DNA of 47,340 nt, taken from Patescibacteria group bacterium. GTDB lineage: Bacteria > Patescibacteriota > Microgenomatia > Woykebacterales > 2-01-FULL-43-14. A program made the translations under genes and the position numbers. The notes under the pieces were generated by a model that had not been told where the DNA came from, made no database searches, and was given only the letters and a program-made list of their open reading frames with translations. The stretch is taken from contig JAMCZT010000032.1 in NCBI GenBank assembly GCA_023485445.1, forward strand, positions 1-47,340. The letters run 5' to 3'. Below, one piece after another: positions 10,001-19,057 of the stretch (within the stretch, counting starts at the first letter, position 1; every line of letters begins with the position of its first letter).

Positions 10001-11280
10001 CTTTGAATTTCGCTAAGGAGATGTCAATGCGGGTAACGTCCCTGGGGAAAAGGGCAGCCTCGCGGATATTGTCGGCCCCGATTATTTTCGCTGTCAGCCT
10101 TTCCAACCCGATGGCTAATCCCCCTTCCGCCGGCATGCCGTATTTAAAGGCTTGGAGATAAAAACTAAAATTTTCCGGCTTTATGCTTCTTTTTTTCATG
10201 CTTTCCACTAATTGGTCATAATCGTTAATGCGTTGCCCGCCAGTGGTTATCTCAACTCCTCGGAAAAGCAAGTCAAAACTTTTTGTGTATCCTGGGTCGG
10301 ATTCGTCAGGCATAGTGTAAAGCGGCCTGTGCTCAACTGGCTGATGGGTCACGAAAACAAACTCGCTACCAGATTTAACTAGCAAACCGTAGAGAAGGTT
10401 TTCGACGCTTATCCTCTCACCCTCTACTAACCCCATTAGACTGCCTTCAGTCTGCAAGTTAGAAACCGTCAAGACATCAGTTAACTTGTACGCCTCTAAA
10501 GCTACCACCGCCGTCATTATTTTTGTCGTCGAGGCTGGGGCTAAAGGAGTATCCAGATTTTTCTGGAAAAGCACTTTGGCCGAGTCAAGGTCAAGGACTA
10601 GGGCAGAAGTAGCGGTCAGCTCAGGTGGTGAACTTTTCACAGTCATGACTGGATAAACCGCGGGAGAAGGCACGGAAAAAGGAAGCGCCTTGACTAATGG
10701 TTCTTTAAGAATTAACTTTTCAGATTCGTAAGGGTTGTTGACAGGGTTCATCGAAAAGAAAATAAAAACAATTGCGGAGGTAAAAACGAACAAAACGGTT
10801 GTTTTTCTTTTACTGAATAGCTTACGAGAGAGGCGGTCTGCCCAACTTTTAAGGTAGGACGTCAAAGTTGAGAGGTATCCTTTAGCTTCATTTCTTTCCA
10901 TCATCTTTGAATTTCGCTAAGGAGATGTCAATGCGGGTAACGTCCCTGGGGAAAAGGGCAGCCTCGCGGATATTGTCGGCCCCGATTATTTTCGCTGTCA
11001 GCCTTTCCAACCCGATGGCTAATCCCCCTTCCGCCGGCATGCCGTATTTAAAGGCTTGGAGATAAAAACTAAAATTTTCCGGCTTTATGCTTCTTTTTTT
11101 CATGCTTTCCACTAATTGGTCATAATCGTTAATGCGTTGCCCGCCAGTGGTTATCTCAACTCCTCGGAAAAGCAAGTCAAAACTTTTTGTGTATCCTGGG
11201 TCGGATTCGTCAGGCATAGTGTAAAGCGGCCTGTGCTCAACTGGCTGATGGGTCACGAAAACAAACTCGCTACCAGATTT
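9463..11280. repeat. 904-bp tandem duplication with 10-bp junction microhomology
   Basis: 9463-10366 is repeated at 10367-11270. TACCAGATTT occurs at 9463, 10367 and 11271. Confidence 0.95.
9984..10904 (-). CDS. chimeric ORF: carboxypeptidase N-terminal half fused to AspRS C-terminal part (product of the duplication)
   Basis: Identical to the carboxypeptidase up to LLVKSG, then identical to AspRS from SEFVFVTHQP to the stop. Confidence 0.6.
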   Translation of the reverse strand: MMERNEAKGYLSTLTSYLKSWADRLSRKLFSKRKTTVLFVFTSAIVFIFFSMNPVNNPYESEKLILKEPLVKALPFSVPSPAVYPVMTVKSSPPELTATSALVLDLDSAKVLFQKNLDTPLAPASTTKIMTAVVALEAYKLTDVLTVSNLQTEGSLMGLVEGERISVENLLYGLLVKSGSEFVFVTHQPVEHRPLYTMPDESDPGYTKSFDLLFRGVEITTGGQRINDYDQLVESMKKRSIKPENFSFYLQAFKYGMPAEGGLAIGLERLTAKIIGADNIREAALFPRDVTRIDISLAKFKDDGKK

Positions 11281-12246
11281 CTCCGCCACATAGGCGGAGA
11301 AATCCCGCTCATCCTGAGGGGAAAGATCTGGCTCGTGCAAGACTTTCCGGCCAAATTCCTTTTCGATTATCTTTTGGGCCTCCCTTAACTTAAAACTAGG
11401 AATTTCCTTCACTTCCGGCAGTTTAACTCCTAGAAAACCAACTTCCGTTTTTGCCGCTTGTGCCAAATATGGAAAAAGGTACTTCAAAAAATCAACTTCC
11501 AAAGCCATTACGTCCGTGTGGTCTTTTATAAAACCAAATTCGAAATCTAAACTGGTGTATTCGTTTAGGTGACGAGTCGTGTTGTGTTCTTCAGCGCGGT
11601 AAACCTCGCCAATAGTAAAAACTCTCTCGTAAACCCCGACCATAATTTGCTTATAAAATTGGGGGCTTTGGGCGAGAAACGCTTTACGGGAAAAATAGTC
11701 AACGCGAAAAACATTTGCCCCACCTTCCGTGGCTTCGGCGGTAATTTTTGGGACAAAAACTTCCGTAAATCCACGTTCGGCCAAAAAGTCACGAAAAGCA
11801 CGGACAATTTCTGCCTCGATCCTAAAAATGGCCCTGTTCTTAGCGTGGCGCAGAGTCAAGGGGCGATAGTCTAGAGCCGTGTCGAGGTTAATCTCCAGGT
11901 CTTTGGCACCAAAGTCAAAAGGCAAAGTTTCCGCGTCACTAATTAATTCAACTTTCTTGGCTTCGACTTCCACCGTTCCGGTAGGCAAATCTGGATTTTC
12001 CGATCCCTTCGGCCGAGCATTCACAGTACCAACCAAAGAAATCACATCTTGTAAACTCAAGGTTGAGGCAACCTCATGAGCTTCCGTCGAAACCTTCGGG
12101 TTCACCACTACTTGCACTGTCCCCGAGTAATCGCGAACATCAAGAAAAATCAATTTCCCATGATCCCGCCGGCTCTCGACCCAACCCTTAAGAAGCACCT
12201 CTTGTCCAACTTTTTCAATTGTCTCAATAATTAAGTTTCGTTCCAT
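10888..12246 (-). CDS. aspS: aspartate--tRNA ligase, short archaeal-type (probably non-discriminating)
   Basis: OB-fold RDHGKLIFLDVRD, LAQSPQFYKQ, YRAE (motif 2), GLERL (motif 3). No bacterial GAD insertion. Start reassigned to MERN. Confidence 0.93.
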   Translation of the reverse strand: MERNLIIETIEKVGQEVLLKGWVESRRDHGKLIFLDVRDYSGTVQVVVNPKVSTEAHEVASTLSLQDVISLVGTVNARPKGSENPDLPTGTVEVEAKKVELISDAETLPFDFGAKDLEINLDTALDYRPLTLRHAKNRAIFRIEAEIVRAFRDFLAERGFTEVFVPKITAEATEGGANVFRVDYFSRKAFLAQSPQFYKQIMVGVYERVFTIGEVYRAEEHNTTRHLNEYTSLDFEFGFIKDHTDVMALEVDFLKYLFPYLAQAAKTEVGFLGVKLPEVKEIPSFKLREAQKIIEKEFGRKVLHEPDLSPQDERDFSAYVAEKSGSEFVFVTHQPVEHRPLYTMPDESDPGYTKSFDLLFRGVEITTGGQRINDYDQLVESMKKRSIKPENFSFYLQAFKYGMPAEGGLAIGLERLTAKIIGADNIREAALFPRDVTRIDISLAKFKDDGKK

Positions 12247-12257
12247 ACTTACGGAAT

Positions 12258-12333
12258 GTATCAAGTATAAAGTATTTAGTATTAAGTATGAGAAAAAAAG
12301 TTTTATTCATTATACTTAATACTTGATACTTAA
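12258..12333. repeat. inverted arrays of a 7-bp unit (AGTATnA / TnATACT) in the aspS leader
   Basis: GTATCAAGTATAAAGTATTTAGTATTAAGTAT (12258-12289) faces ATACTTAATACTTGATACTTAA (12312-12333). Confidence 0.75.
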
Positions 12334-12343
12334 TTCTATTGTC

Positions 12344-12373
12344 ATTATCCGACAAATAGCCCCCAGGCGTCAA
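12344..12373 (-). promoter_or_regulatory. putative sigma70 promoter of aspS
   Basis: TTGACG-18 bp-GATAAT on the minus strand. Confidence 0.5.
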
Positions 12374-12433
12374 ATGGAAAATGTAAGGGTTACTCCGAGC
12401 GCCATTGCAAGCGATAGATGGAGGCAAGATGTG

Positions 12434-13546
12434 TTAGTTACTTTCTTGAAGAGATGTGATAAGGGAGCTAAAAATACTTTGATAGTTTTCGTTCGTTTTT
12501 TGTTTCAGAAATAAGCAATAGAGGTTATTTCCTTTTTCAATATAAACAACCTGCCAATACTTTCCGACATCACTCGGGTTACTTTTTTCATTCATCACCC
12601 CCGTTACTCTAGTTGCTGTTCCGAATGGAGTATTTAGTGTATCCTGAGTAGTGTTTGTCAAATATCCCTTATCATTTGTAATTATTTGGGTAGTTGTAAA
12701 CCCATTTGATTCCAAACGATGTACGTAAACGTTAATTTCACTCTCCCACTTATTAGGACTAAACCGAGCTTGTCCAAAATCAGCTCCAGTATCTGTTTCT
12801 GTCTTTATTTCCCAAGTTGAAGGGTATTTGATTGTGTACCCAATAGCAGGAGATAAATTTGTACTCTTATAAGTATATGTTTTCCAATCAGCAGTTGAAT
12901 CGGTTTGACTTTGGTCGGTGAATTTGAAGGTGGAGAGGATTTGGTTAAATATGGCCATATCACTATCTACAGTAGCATAGACGCTTAGAGTTTTTTTACC
13001 AACATTTAATGGTAGATCAAGCCTGATTGTACATTTAGGAGCACACTGATTAGTTCGGTAATAGTGCCCTTTAACACCACTTATAGTCATCTCTTTATAC
13101 TCTGTAATGAGATCAATCCCATTTTGGTTTTGATTACTAGTTGGAGATGTGCTGAAAGGTCGGGTTAAAACTTCAATACCCATAACTGGAACTTTTGATT
13201 GATCAATAGTGTTATTTTCAAAGCTACCTTCAAAGCTACCAATATTAGGAGGATAGAATTTCGTTGAGATAGTATTTTCAACATAAGTCCAATCCTTGGG
13301 ATATTTGACAGAGTAGCCATAAAGATTATTTGTATATGTTTTCCAATTTGCTGTAGCACTCGGAGAAGCTGAAGAAGTGCTGGTTTTGGAAGTGGGAACG
13401 CTAGTGTTATCGGTTGATTTGGGAGTGATTGAAGCTTGATAGTAGGTACCAGCAAAAAAGGCAATAAAAGGAAGGGTGATGAAAACAATCCCGGCGAGGA
13501 TTTTGGAAGTGTTAGTAACAGTTGTTAATTCTTTCGGCAGTTCCAT
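12434..13546 (-). CDS. membrane-anchored variable PsbP-like protein, paralog 1 (2 domains)
   Basis: MELPKELTTVT + TM + Ser/Thr linker + two WKTY..YP..W domains joined by QILSTFKFTD. TTGACA-17-GATAAT lies 7 nt before ATG 13546. Confidence 0.8.
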   Translation of the reverse strand: MELPKELTTVTNTSKILAGIVFITLPFIAFFAGTYYQASITPKSTDNTSVPTSKTSTSSASPSATANWKTYTNNLYGYSVKYPKDWTYVENTISTKFYPPNIGSFEGSFENNTIDQSKVPVMGIEVLTRPFSTSPTSNQNQNGIDLITEYKEMTISGVKGHYYRTNQCAPKCTIRLDLPLNVGKKTLSVYATVDSDMAIFNQILSTFKFTDQSQTDSTADWKTYTYKSTNLSPAIGYTIKYPSTWEIKTETDTGADFGQARFSPNKWESEINVYVHRLESNGFTTTQIITNDKGYLTNTTQDTLNTPFGTATRVTGVMNEKSNPSDVGKYWQVVYIEKGNNLYCLFLKQKTNENYQSIFSSLITSLQESN

Positions 13547-13587
13547 TGAAATCATTATCTTTCTCTAGGAATCGATTGTCAAGTAGG

Positions 13588-14657
13588 TGTCCTGGATCAA
13601 TACTTTTGAGACAACCCTCCTTTTAGGTAACACTGATAAGGTGATAAATATCTAAGCGATTGATGCGGTCTAACATTATTGTACCAGTTAACCCAAGTAT
13701 TTAGTTTTTCTTGAAACTCTTCCGGGTACAGTAGATAATCTTCCCGTTTCAAACAGAAACTCATCTTGAATTGTCCAATTAAACCTTTCGACATAACCGG
13801 TGGTTTTAGGATGTCTTGGGTAATTCCAGAGGGGAGTTAACTTAGCTTCTTTTACTGCCTCTCCAAAGAAAGATTCAAACTCACTCCCGTTATCAGTCTG
13901 AATAGTGTGAACTTTGTACCAGGCCGTCTGAATAATCTCTTCTAAGAATTTAGCCGCACGAAGGCTTTTTAAAGACGGGACGATCTTTAACCAAGCTTGT
14001 TTGGAGACAATGTCGACCGCGGTTAAGAAGTAGTAATACTTCTCCAGGTAGTAGAACTTAACTCCGTCTAGTTGAATATATCCGGATACCTGATCTTTTG
14101 AGTTAGGACACAATCTGACTCTTTGTTTGTTTCCGTTCTGTTTTACTCTTTTTCCAGTCGGCTTACCAGCGAAGAAGTAATGTTTTCGCTTAATTAACCT
14201 ACCAATAGAGGCAGACGAAGAGGAAGCATCAGTTAAGGACAACGTAGCGCATAAAGCTTTAACAAATCCTTCAATTTTCATCTTACCCATTCTGGGATGA
14301 TCTTCTCTGAGTTGTTTTACCAGCTTAACTACGGCTGGATCTTCTTCTGGAACTCTGAAGGTATGAGGTCTCGTACTTTTTGGAATCAAGGAATTTAACT
14401 TCTTCCCAGACTTCTCGAAAATCTTCTTCCAGCGATACAGAGTTGGCCGGGAAAGCTTCGGAAAGGCTAATTTTATGCCTCCCAACCACCCTCATAGAAG
14501 ATGTTTAGGATGTGGAGTCTAAATTGGGCTTTGTCTGAAGTATCAAACCTAAGACTACGATATACAGTATTAGAATACTTTCGTCTACGATAAGTTATCT
14601 TGTTAAAATCGGCTGGCAATTTACTTTAATTGTCTCAAATGTGTTTGATCTTTTTCA
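13588..14657 (-). mobile_element. decayed IS481/IS3-superfamily insertion sequence, about 1070 bp
   Basis: Imperfect terminal inverted repeats TG-N5-GATCAA..TTTGAGACAA at 13588-13614 and 14630-14657. Encloses a DDE transposase. No target duplication seen. Confidence 0.8.
13597..14619 (-). pseudogene. integrase-core (rve) transposase with two frameshifts
   Basis: TTG 14619 gives MPADFNK..EGGW, frameshift near 14485, then TLYRW / IQLD / IQTDNGSEF / YVERFNWTIQDEF, frameshift near 13750, then WYNNVRPHQSL. Confidence 0.85.
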
Positions 14658-14993
14658 GCATCTCTAGTCAACTCTTTCATCCGTTTCTTGAGTCGCGGTA
14701 AATCCTCTTTAATCGTTTTCCAGAGGATTTCCAAGTCCACCCCGAAATACTCATGAAGAACTTTATTTCTCATACTGATCATTTCTTTCCAAGGGGCATC
14801 CGGATGGCTTAATTTAAACTCGGACGATATTTCTCGCCGCCTCCCCGATTATTTCCAAATTTCGAATCACCGCGTCAATGGTCTTGGCATCAGTGTAGAA
14901 ATCGTCTTGGGAAAGATCTTTCGTAAATTGCTTAATTTTCTTCAGGGAAATTAAAATGTCGTCTAAGTAGAGGTCGGCCGTTCTTTTAGACAT
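14621..14993 (-). pseudogene. HepT/DUF86 HEPN ribonuclease toxin, frameshifted
   Basis: Not in the ORF track. MSKRTADLYLDDIL..IRNLEIIGEAARNI, frameshift near 14830, then PWKEMISMRNKVLHEYFGVDLEILW (RX4H). The last codons run into the IS end. Confidence 0.88.
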
Positions 14994-15291
14994 AAACCGT
15001 TTCTTTCAAAACGTTATCTTTGATCCTTTGTTTAATGGCTTTTTTGGTCACTAAATCAACCTTGCGGCCGAGAATTTTACTCAAGGACTCCTCCAGCTCC
15101 ACAAATTTAAAAAAACCAATCGGCTCGGAAAAATCCACTAAAATATCCACATCACTTCCAGCGACGTTTTCATTTCTGGCTACCGAACCAAAAACCCCGA
15201 TTTGCTTAACATGATAATCTTTTCGGAGCTGCTCTCTATGGCTATCAATTTTACTTTTGACTTGATCTAAAGTTCCGACTGCTTTTTTCAT
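14986..15291 (-). CDS. minimal nucleotidyltransferase (MNT/MntA-type antitoxin)
   Basis: GVFGSVARNE..SDVDILV and GRKVDLV. Overlaps the HepT start. Start reassigned to MKKAV. Confidence 0.92.
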   Translation of the reverse strand: MKKAVGTLDQVKSKIDSHREQLRKDYHVKQIGVFGSVARNENVAGSDVDILVDFSEPIGFFKFVELEESLSKILGRKVDLVTKKAIKQRIKDNVLKETVYV

Positions 15292-15378
15292 AGCCAAATG
15301 ATAACACAAAACAAACAAAAATTCATCAGGGAATCGTGGAGAAAAAAATTATTTAGTGAATTGGAAGGTGGAAAGGAT
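15282..15378 (-). repeat. duplicated module, copy 1: ILSTFxFT-stop + leaderless promoter + ATG AAA AAA
   Basis: Near-identical to 17432-17524. Contains extended -10 TGTTATCAT 6 nt before the ATG. Confidence 0.85.
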
Positions 15379-16464
15379 TTGATTAAATACTGTCTCACCC
15401 TCTCGGACTTTTGAACCATCAACAGGAGTATCAAGCGCTATGCTATATACTAACTCCTCATCTTTAGAAAAGAATGACACGCCATAAGTATTTTCTGCTC
15501 CTGCTCGTGGAAGAACTTTTACTGCTTGCTGACTACCAACATTAAGAGTGTCTCTATCATACGAAGATCCCCCAAGTTCTTTGAGGCTAGCATAGGGCTT
15601 CTTTGTTTGATCATTATAATTTTTTTGCTCTCTTATCGAAAGCTTGTATACACTTTGTTCATCTTGAAAAACTTCAGTGCCGTGAAAGTTGGAAGAATGC
15701 TCAACTTGTTTCCATGTAGAAGGCAGTTTTATCTGGTAACTTTCATACCCTAAAGATGAGTCTGAGGTAATCTTATACGTTTTCCAGTTAGCAGTTGAAT
15801 CAGTTTGACTTTGATCGGTGAATTTGAAGGTGGAGAGGATTTGGTCAAAAATGTCCTTTGAAGTTTTAGAGGAGTAAATAATTTCTATTTCGTAAGTCTT
15901 TGCGTTGTTTAAAACTTTGGCGATTGTTCCAGTAAACGCTGGATTCCCTTTCTCTTGGAAATCCCATTCGATACCCGATTTGCCGTCGACTGTAATGCTT
16001 TTTACAGATAGCACCTCTTTATCCGTTACAGTATCTGAACCCTTAATCACCTGACCTACGGATCGTGTAGGCAAAGTGGAAACAGAACTTGTGCTAATAA
16101 AGATTTTCGCCCCACTCGTTGCCTGTTCTTCTAATTTATTCTTATCGTCTTGCCTAAAATCAGCACTTTCAATACTCACTGACCCATTTAAATTGTCCGC
16201 TACACTCCAGCTGTTAGGGTATTTTAAAGTAAATCCCAGAGTAGAATTTGAATATGTCTTCCAATTCGCAGTTGCGCTCGTAGTCGCAGAAGAAGTGCTG
16301 GTTTTGGGGGTTGAAACAACGGTGCTATCGGTAGACTTAGTTGCAATAGAAGCTTGGTAGGTGGCACCAATAAAGAAAGCGGCGAATGGTAAACTCACGA
16401 AAACAATCGCGGCGAGGATTTTAGAGGTGGTAGTAACAGTCGTTAGCTCTTTTGGCAGTTCCAT
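15349..16464 (-). CDS. membrane-anchored variable PsbP-like protein, paralog 2 (2 domains)
   Basis: Same N-terminus. QILSTFKFTD linker. Ends QILSTFQFTK. Confidence 0.8.
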   Translation of the reverse strand: MELPKELTTVTTTSKILAAIVFVSLPFAAFFIGATYQASIATKSTDSTVVSTPKTSTSSATTSATANWKTYSNSTLGFTLKYPNSWSVADNLNGSVSIESADFRQDDKNKLEEQATSGAKIFISTSSVSTLPTRSVGQVIKGSDTVTDKEVLSVKSITVDGKSGIEWDFQEKGNPAFTGTIAKVLNNAKTYEIEIIYSSKTSKDIFDQILSTFKFTDQSQTDSTANWKTYKITSDSSLGYESYQIKLPSTWKQVEHSSNFHGTEVFQDEQSVYKLSIREQKNYNDQTKKPYASLKELGGSSYDRDTLNVGSQQAVKVLPRAGAENTYGVSFFSKDEELVYSIALDTPVDGSKVREGETVFNQILSTFQFTK

Positions 16465-16525
16465 TAAAATTATTAACTCACTTTTCTACATTTTCGTCAA
16501 GAAAATACCCAAATTATAGGGTATG

Positions 16526-16554
16526 TTGACAAATTACGCCTTTTAGAGTAGTAT
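16526..16554 (+). promoter_or_regulatory. near-consensus sigma70 promoter pointing antisense into the DUF3800 gene
   Basis: TTGACA (16526-16531), 17 bp, TAGTAT (16549-16554). Confidence 0.7.
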
Positions 16555-16559
16555 TAGAA

Positions 16560-17228
16560 TTAAGAAACTTGCTTCGGATGGGTGCTTGCACCGGTTCGGG
16601 CAAGTTTTTTATTTTGAAAAACTCTTCTTTTTACTTCCTTCCAGTTCAGTCTCTTTTCTCTAATTATCCTTTCCCGAATTATTTCATAAAATATAAAGTT
16701 CTTTTTTGTTTCTTTAGCCAGAACAGCTCCTGCGACCATATCGGCAACATTAATCAACCTGTTCTTCGCACTATCAACATGAGAGATAACAAGTGATTTG
16801 TGAAGAAGTTGTGGTAAAAAACGATTAAATTCTTCCGTTTCGGAAACTCTAGAAAAATGTCGATCTAGAATTATTTCGCAAGGGTCTGAATAAAAGCTAA
16901 AAACATCATTAAGGAGTAGCCAGCAAAGAAAGGCAAAATTTTCTGGAGTATCGGGAATCTTCTTCCCCGCTTTTTCAACGATTAAAACGAAAATATCAAG
17001 CCCTTCTTCCACCACTTTTTGTAGAAATAACCTTTTCGTCTTCTCGCCCGCGGAGTAAAATTTGATCTCTTTGCTAAGATCTTTTAGTTTGCCTTTCCTT
17101 CTTAGAAATTTGATTATCCCCTCAATCTTTTTCGCGTCTTCGGTTCCAGCCGCCGCGACAATAACCACTTCGTCCCTTGGGTCCGGTAAAGTTCCCGATT
17201 CGTCAATAAAAATACTAATTCTTTTCAT
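16560..17228 (-). CDS. DUF3800-family protein
   Basis: N-terminal IFIDESG, EIKF, ILD and C-terminal VDS..INVADMVAG. Confidence 0.8.
   Translation of the reverse strand: MKRISIFIDESGTLPDPRDEVVIVAAAGTEDAKKIEGIIKFLRRKGKLKDLSKEIKFYSAGEKTKRLFLQKVVEEGLDIFVLIVEKAGKKIPDTPENFAFLCWLLLNDVFSFYSDPCEIILDRHFSRVSETEEFNRFLPQLLHKSLVISHVDSAKNRLINVADMVAGAVLAKETKKNFIFYEIIRERIIREKRLNWKEVKRRVFQNKKLARTGASTHPKQVS
16561..16615 (+). ncRNA. putative ~50-nt hairpin small RNA antisense to the DUF3800 3' end
   Basis: Starts just after the promoter. Long stem with three G-U pairs, G(CUUG)C tetraloop, ends in a U-tract. Confidence 0.55.
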
Positions 17229-17243
17229 AAATTACCAAAGGAA

Positions 17244-17441
17244 TCAAGATTGAGGAAATTGAAAAGGTTGTAACTGAGTGCCCTCTTGGTAAAGTCCCAT
17301 GGCCTCTTGTAAATTTTTCAAAGCCTCTTCGTAGGTTTTACCAAAACTAGAAACACCCACGTTAAGACACTGAGCTATAAAATATTTGCCCTCTTTCCAA
17401 ACAACATTAGTAAAAACCTGATCTTCAGATACTTTTTTCAT
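17244..17441 (-). CDS. HicB-like antitoxin (short, no HicA neighbour)
   Basis: VVWKEGKYFIAQCLNVGVSSFGKTYEEALKNLQEAMGLY. Start reassigned to MKKVS. Confidence 0.8.
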   Translation of the reverse strand: MKKVSEDQVFTNVVWKEGKYFIAQCLNVGVSSFGKTYEEALKNLQEAMGLYQEGTQLQPFQFPQS

Positions 17442-17524
17442 AGCTAGATGATAACACAAAACAGACAAAAATTCATCAGGGATCGTAAGAGAAATTATTC
17501 GGTGAATTTGAAGGTGGGGAGGAT
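17432..17524 (-). repeat. duplicated module, copy 2, with an orphan ILPTFKFTE-stop remnant
   Basis: Near-identical to 15282-15378. The motif part (17495-17524) lies downstream of the stop at 17538. Confidence 0.85.
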
Positions 17525-17537
17525 GTTGCCCCTTACG

Positions 17538-19054
17538 TTATTTAACGCATTTACTAAAATCAAGGGAGTTATTTACCTTTATACTCTTTAACAAATTACT
17601 AAATTCTTGGCTATCCTTTCCTCGATTATTCCAACTGATTATTAAGGCATAATTGCCAATAGAAACTACGACTCCTGATCCAGAACCTGAGTCACCTAAT
17701 GGTCCCGCTTCTATAATTAAACTATTTTTATCCTGAATTAGAACTTCCTCAAAACGATAGTAGTAACCATCCTCTATCCCATAAAGCTGCCGTCGAGAGC
17801 CTCCATTGTAGGTGACTACTTTAGCCTTGAGAATCCCTCCTACATCATTACCAAAAACTATGGCACACTCTCCATTACTTAGCTGTTCGCCAAGTTTATC
17901 AGCATTATAGAACGCCTTAGGATGTTGGAACGAGTACCCGACAGACGAAACAAATGTCTCCCAACTATCAACTTTTCCATAATCTATTTTTCTAGCCGAG
18001 AAAGAAACAGATTCAAAGTCTAACTGGCTTCGGTCGGTGAATTTGAAGGTAGAAAGGATTCGGGTAAGCATTGTTTCGGCAGAATTAGCGTTTTTGGACA
18101 AAAATGCCATTTGAATGTTGTTAAAGTATGCAAGATCCTTAACATCAATAGGATTTATAATAACTAGTATCGATTCATTTTTATAGGTTAACTTCCGATA
18201 ACTGAAGTGCTTTCCTCCAAAATTTACGACTTTTTCCTCCTCCTTTTCCGGGGGATCTAAACCCCTACCCCATCTTCGATAGAAAGTTTATACCCTTCCA
18301 TAAAAGACAACCTGATCTGCACAGGGAATGAGTCGTCTAGGATCCCGTTAGAAGGATATTTAAACGAATAATTTTTTTGAGTGTTTGTATACGTTTTCCA
18401 GTTAGTGGTTGAGTTGGTTTGACTTTGGTAGGAAAAGTCGAAAGTAGAAAGAATCTGACCAACGGTTTTTTGATACCCTCGATTATTCCCATCACGGACA
18501 TTTTCAGTAATCCTTATAAACAGTTCTTCTGCATAAGGTAAAAATATGTACTTTGTGGTCACTTCGCTAGCAACAGTGTAAGTATAACCTGAATATCTTC
18601 CCACTTTTGTTTCAGTTAAAGGCTTGTCTAGACCAAAAATTTTACCTTGACCGTTACTAATTTCTTCTTCAATAAACTCTCTTAACGTCTTTGAATTTAA
18701 TTTTTCGATCAAAAAAGTTAGGCGATATCCAGGCTTCATCTCTACACCATCCGAAGAATTAGGTTCTGCGTAACTTACAATAACTTCCCCGTTTTCTAGC
18801 TCATGTAGATCAGCGTCTGAAGGGTAATTAAATGTGAATTTATTTCTTACTTTATATGTTTTCCAATTAACCGTAGCCGAAGAGGTACTGGTTTTGGGAG
18901 TCGAAACAACATTTGTATCGGTTGATTTAGGTGTCACTGAGGCTTGGTAAGTGGTGCCAGCAAAGACAGCGATAACGGGAAGTGTTACGAAAACAATCGC
19001 GGCAAGAATCTTTGAAGTTCTAGTAACAGTGATTAATTCTTTCGGCAGTGTCAT
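17538..19054 (-). pseudogene. variable PsbP-like protein, paralog 3 (3 domains), split by one frameshift
   Basis: ORFs 18257-19054 and 17538-18110 are joined by an open frame (GLDPPEKEEEK..NNIQMAF). Adding one G in the G4 run at 18262-18265 restores a 505-aa ORF. Confidence 0.8.
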
Positions 19055-19057
19055 AGC

